A stretch of DNA of 62,448 nucleotides, filler included, from Basidioascus undulatus (Eukaryota): NCBI GenBank assembly GCA_000826855.1. It is 12 parts of 12 records of this genome, joined end to end, with 100 filler letters (N's around TTAATTAATTAA, not from the genome) between each part and the next. Parts side by side here need not be neighbours in the genome. Positions count along the whole stretch, not along the records: positions 59,093 to 62,448 come from JTLS01002443.1; 11 more parts are not named here. One strand, 5' to 3'. Below the pieces are notes generated by a model. That model had not been told where the DNA came from and ran no database searches. It saw only the letters and a program-made list of their open reading frames with translations. Positions 60,983-62,448 of the stretch are shown here, in pieces (position 1 is the first letter of the stretch; each line of letters opens with the position of its first letter). Both the position numbers and the translations under genes were made by a program.

Positions 60983-62448
60983 CTATGCGCGCCCGCGCCG
61001 GTCCGACCCGCGCAGGAGTTCCTCGAACAGGCCCTGCGCGCTCTTCTCCGCCTTGAGCTGCAGGAGGTAGACGATGCCCGTGCGCGCGCCGGAATTGCTG
61101 AGCTCGACGGCGACGCCGCTGCGCAACTCACATCTGCCATCAGTACCGACGCAGCAAGTGCAAAGGGCAAGACAAAGGGCAGCACTCACGTCTTGCCGAT
61201 TCGCTCGACACCGCTGCACACCCGAACCCGTCAGTCACGCTCGGGACGGGGGAGGGGGAGGAAGGGGAGGGAGAGAGACGCACTCGACCAAGATGATATT
61301 GCTAATAATGAGCCCCTTCCCCTTATCCGCCTCGACCACGAGCTGCTTGACGTTCGTGGGGCTCTGGTTATACAGCTTCAGCGCGCCCGTGCCCAAGCTC
61401 TTCCACTGCTGGTGGCCCTGCTGCAAAAAGACCTTGCACCGCATCTGCGCCACAAGAGTCGTCGTGACCGGGCCCGTGGGTCGCAGCGTCGGGCTGGGCG
61501 GGGGACTCGGTTCCTCGTCCTCGCCGCCCCGCACGGACGCAGCCGCAGATCCAGAAGCTGCCTCCCGCGCGCCCGCACGCACCTCCTCTAGCATCGCGGA
61601 GGGCATGGCGAACTGCGTCTGGCCGCCGTTCGGCCCGTCCGAGGAGCGCGAGCTGACAGACGGGGGGCCGGAGGGCGGGCCGCGCGAGGGCGGGTACCCG
61701 CGCGGGAGGTTGGGCGGGGACGCGAAGCCCGGGCGCCCGTTCATCATCATCGGCGGTTTCGGGTGCGGGGGAGGGTAGGGCTGGCCGGGGGGGATGGACG
61801 AGGGCCCGCGCGGCAAGTCGTAAGGCGAGGGCGGGACGGGCGAGGGGCCCCGCGAGTCGTACCCTCCTCCCGGTGGGCCTGGCGGGCCGCCCATGCGCGG
61901 ATGAGGATGGGGTGGGAGCCCCGGGCCCGGGCCGGGGGCGGGCGGGAGCGGGCCGTTGGAGAAGCTGCGCTGGGGGTAGGGTGCCGGGCCCGGCGGTCCC
62001 GGAGGGCCAGCTGACGCGCCTCGCGCAGGGTAAGCGCCCGGCGGGGGCAGGGGTCTCGGCAGGCTGCGGTCGAACCCTCCGCCAGGGGGCGGCGGCGGTG
62101 GCGCGGGGAAGGGCGAGTTCCGTCCGTCGAACGTCGCGTGTGGGGGAAGGACGGGGCTGGGTGCCGGGCTGTCAGACACCACGCCGGGCGGGGCAGGGTA
62201 CACGCTGCTTGTTCCGCTCCCGGACGAGTGGACGGAGAAGCCGCTCGGGCTGCGCGCGGGCGGCGGCGGCGGGGAGGCGTGCGGGGAGGAGGCTTGCGGG
62301 GAGGGGGCGGAGATGGTCGGTACTGAGGTGAAGGTGGTGGAGTGCGCGCTGAGCGGGCTGAGGGGCCCGCTGGTGGAGGAGGACGGGCCCGAGAGAGGGG
62401 GGAGGGCGGTCTTGAAGGGGGCGAGGAAGACTGTGGGGGTCCAAGGGA
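60983..62448 (-). CDS. Proline-rich protein with C-terminal PH-like domain, 5'-truncated by the window edge
   Basis: Long Pro/Gly-rich tract, then MRCKVFLQQGHQQWKSLGTGALKLY..KQLVVEA..|GVERIGKT|GVAVELS..RTGIVYLLQLK. Confidence 0.75.

Overview
This window is not one locus. It is twelve unrelated contigs joined by 100-nt N spacers carrying TTAATTAATTAA; after the first contig (>24 kb), the complete ones are about 3.3-3.4 kb and in descending size order. Eleven contigs are GC-rich, intron-dense fungal nuclear DNA that looks basidiomycete (GTGCGT/GTGAGT donors, CTGAC/CTAAC branch sites, micro-exons). They carry IPP1, a dCMP deaminase, an UNC-93-like MFS transporter, UBC12, NRDE-2, a PH-ArfGAP, a TB2/DP1/HVA22 protein, TRM5, an SDR, an NT-C2 protein, a MAM3/CNNM protein, a GYF protein, a USP, a PH-like protein and four tRNA genes. 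One contig (31352-34736) is AT-rich mitochondrial DNA (trnH, two unassigned ORFs, atp9, nad3, trnD, cox2) whose proteins look ascomycete (Eurotiomycete-like), so it probably comes from a second organism. The most notable signals are: (1) two long introns with an apparent branch point about 245-285 nt upstream of the acceptor and no AG in between; (2) widespread pseudogenisation of accessory genes next to intact housekeeping genes, including a decayed divergent aminotransferase/AhpD pair and three copies of one transporter; (3) an acidic mitochondrial ORF pair with a bipartite-NLS-like motif. Family assignments come from recalled motifs, not database searches, and exon structures were spliced by eye.
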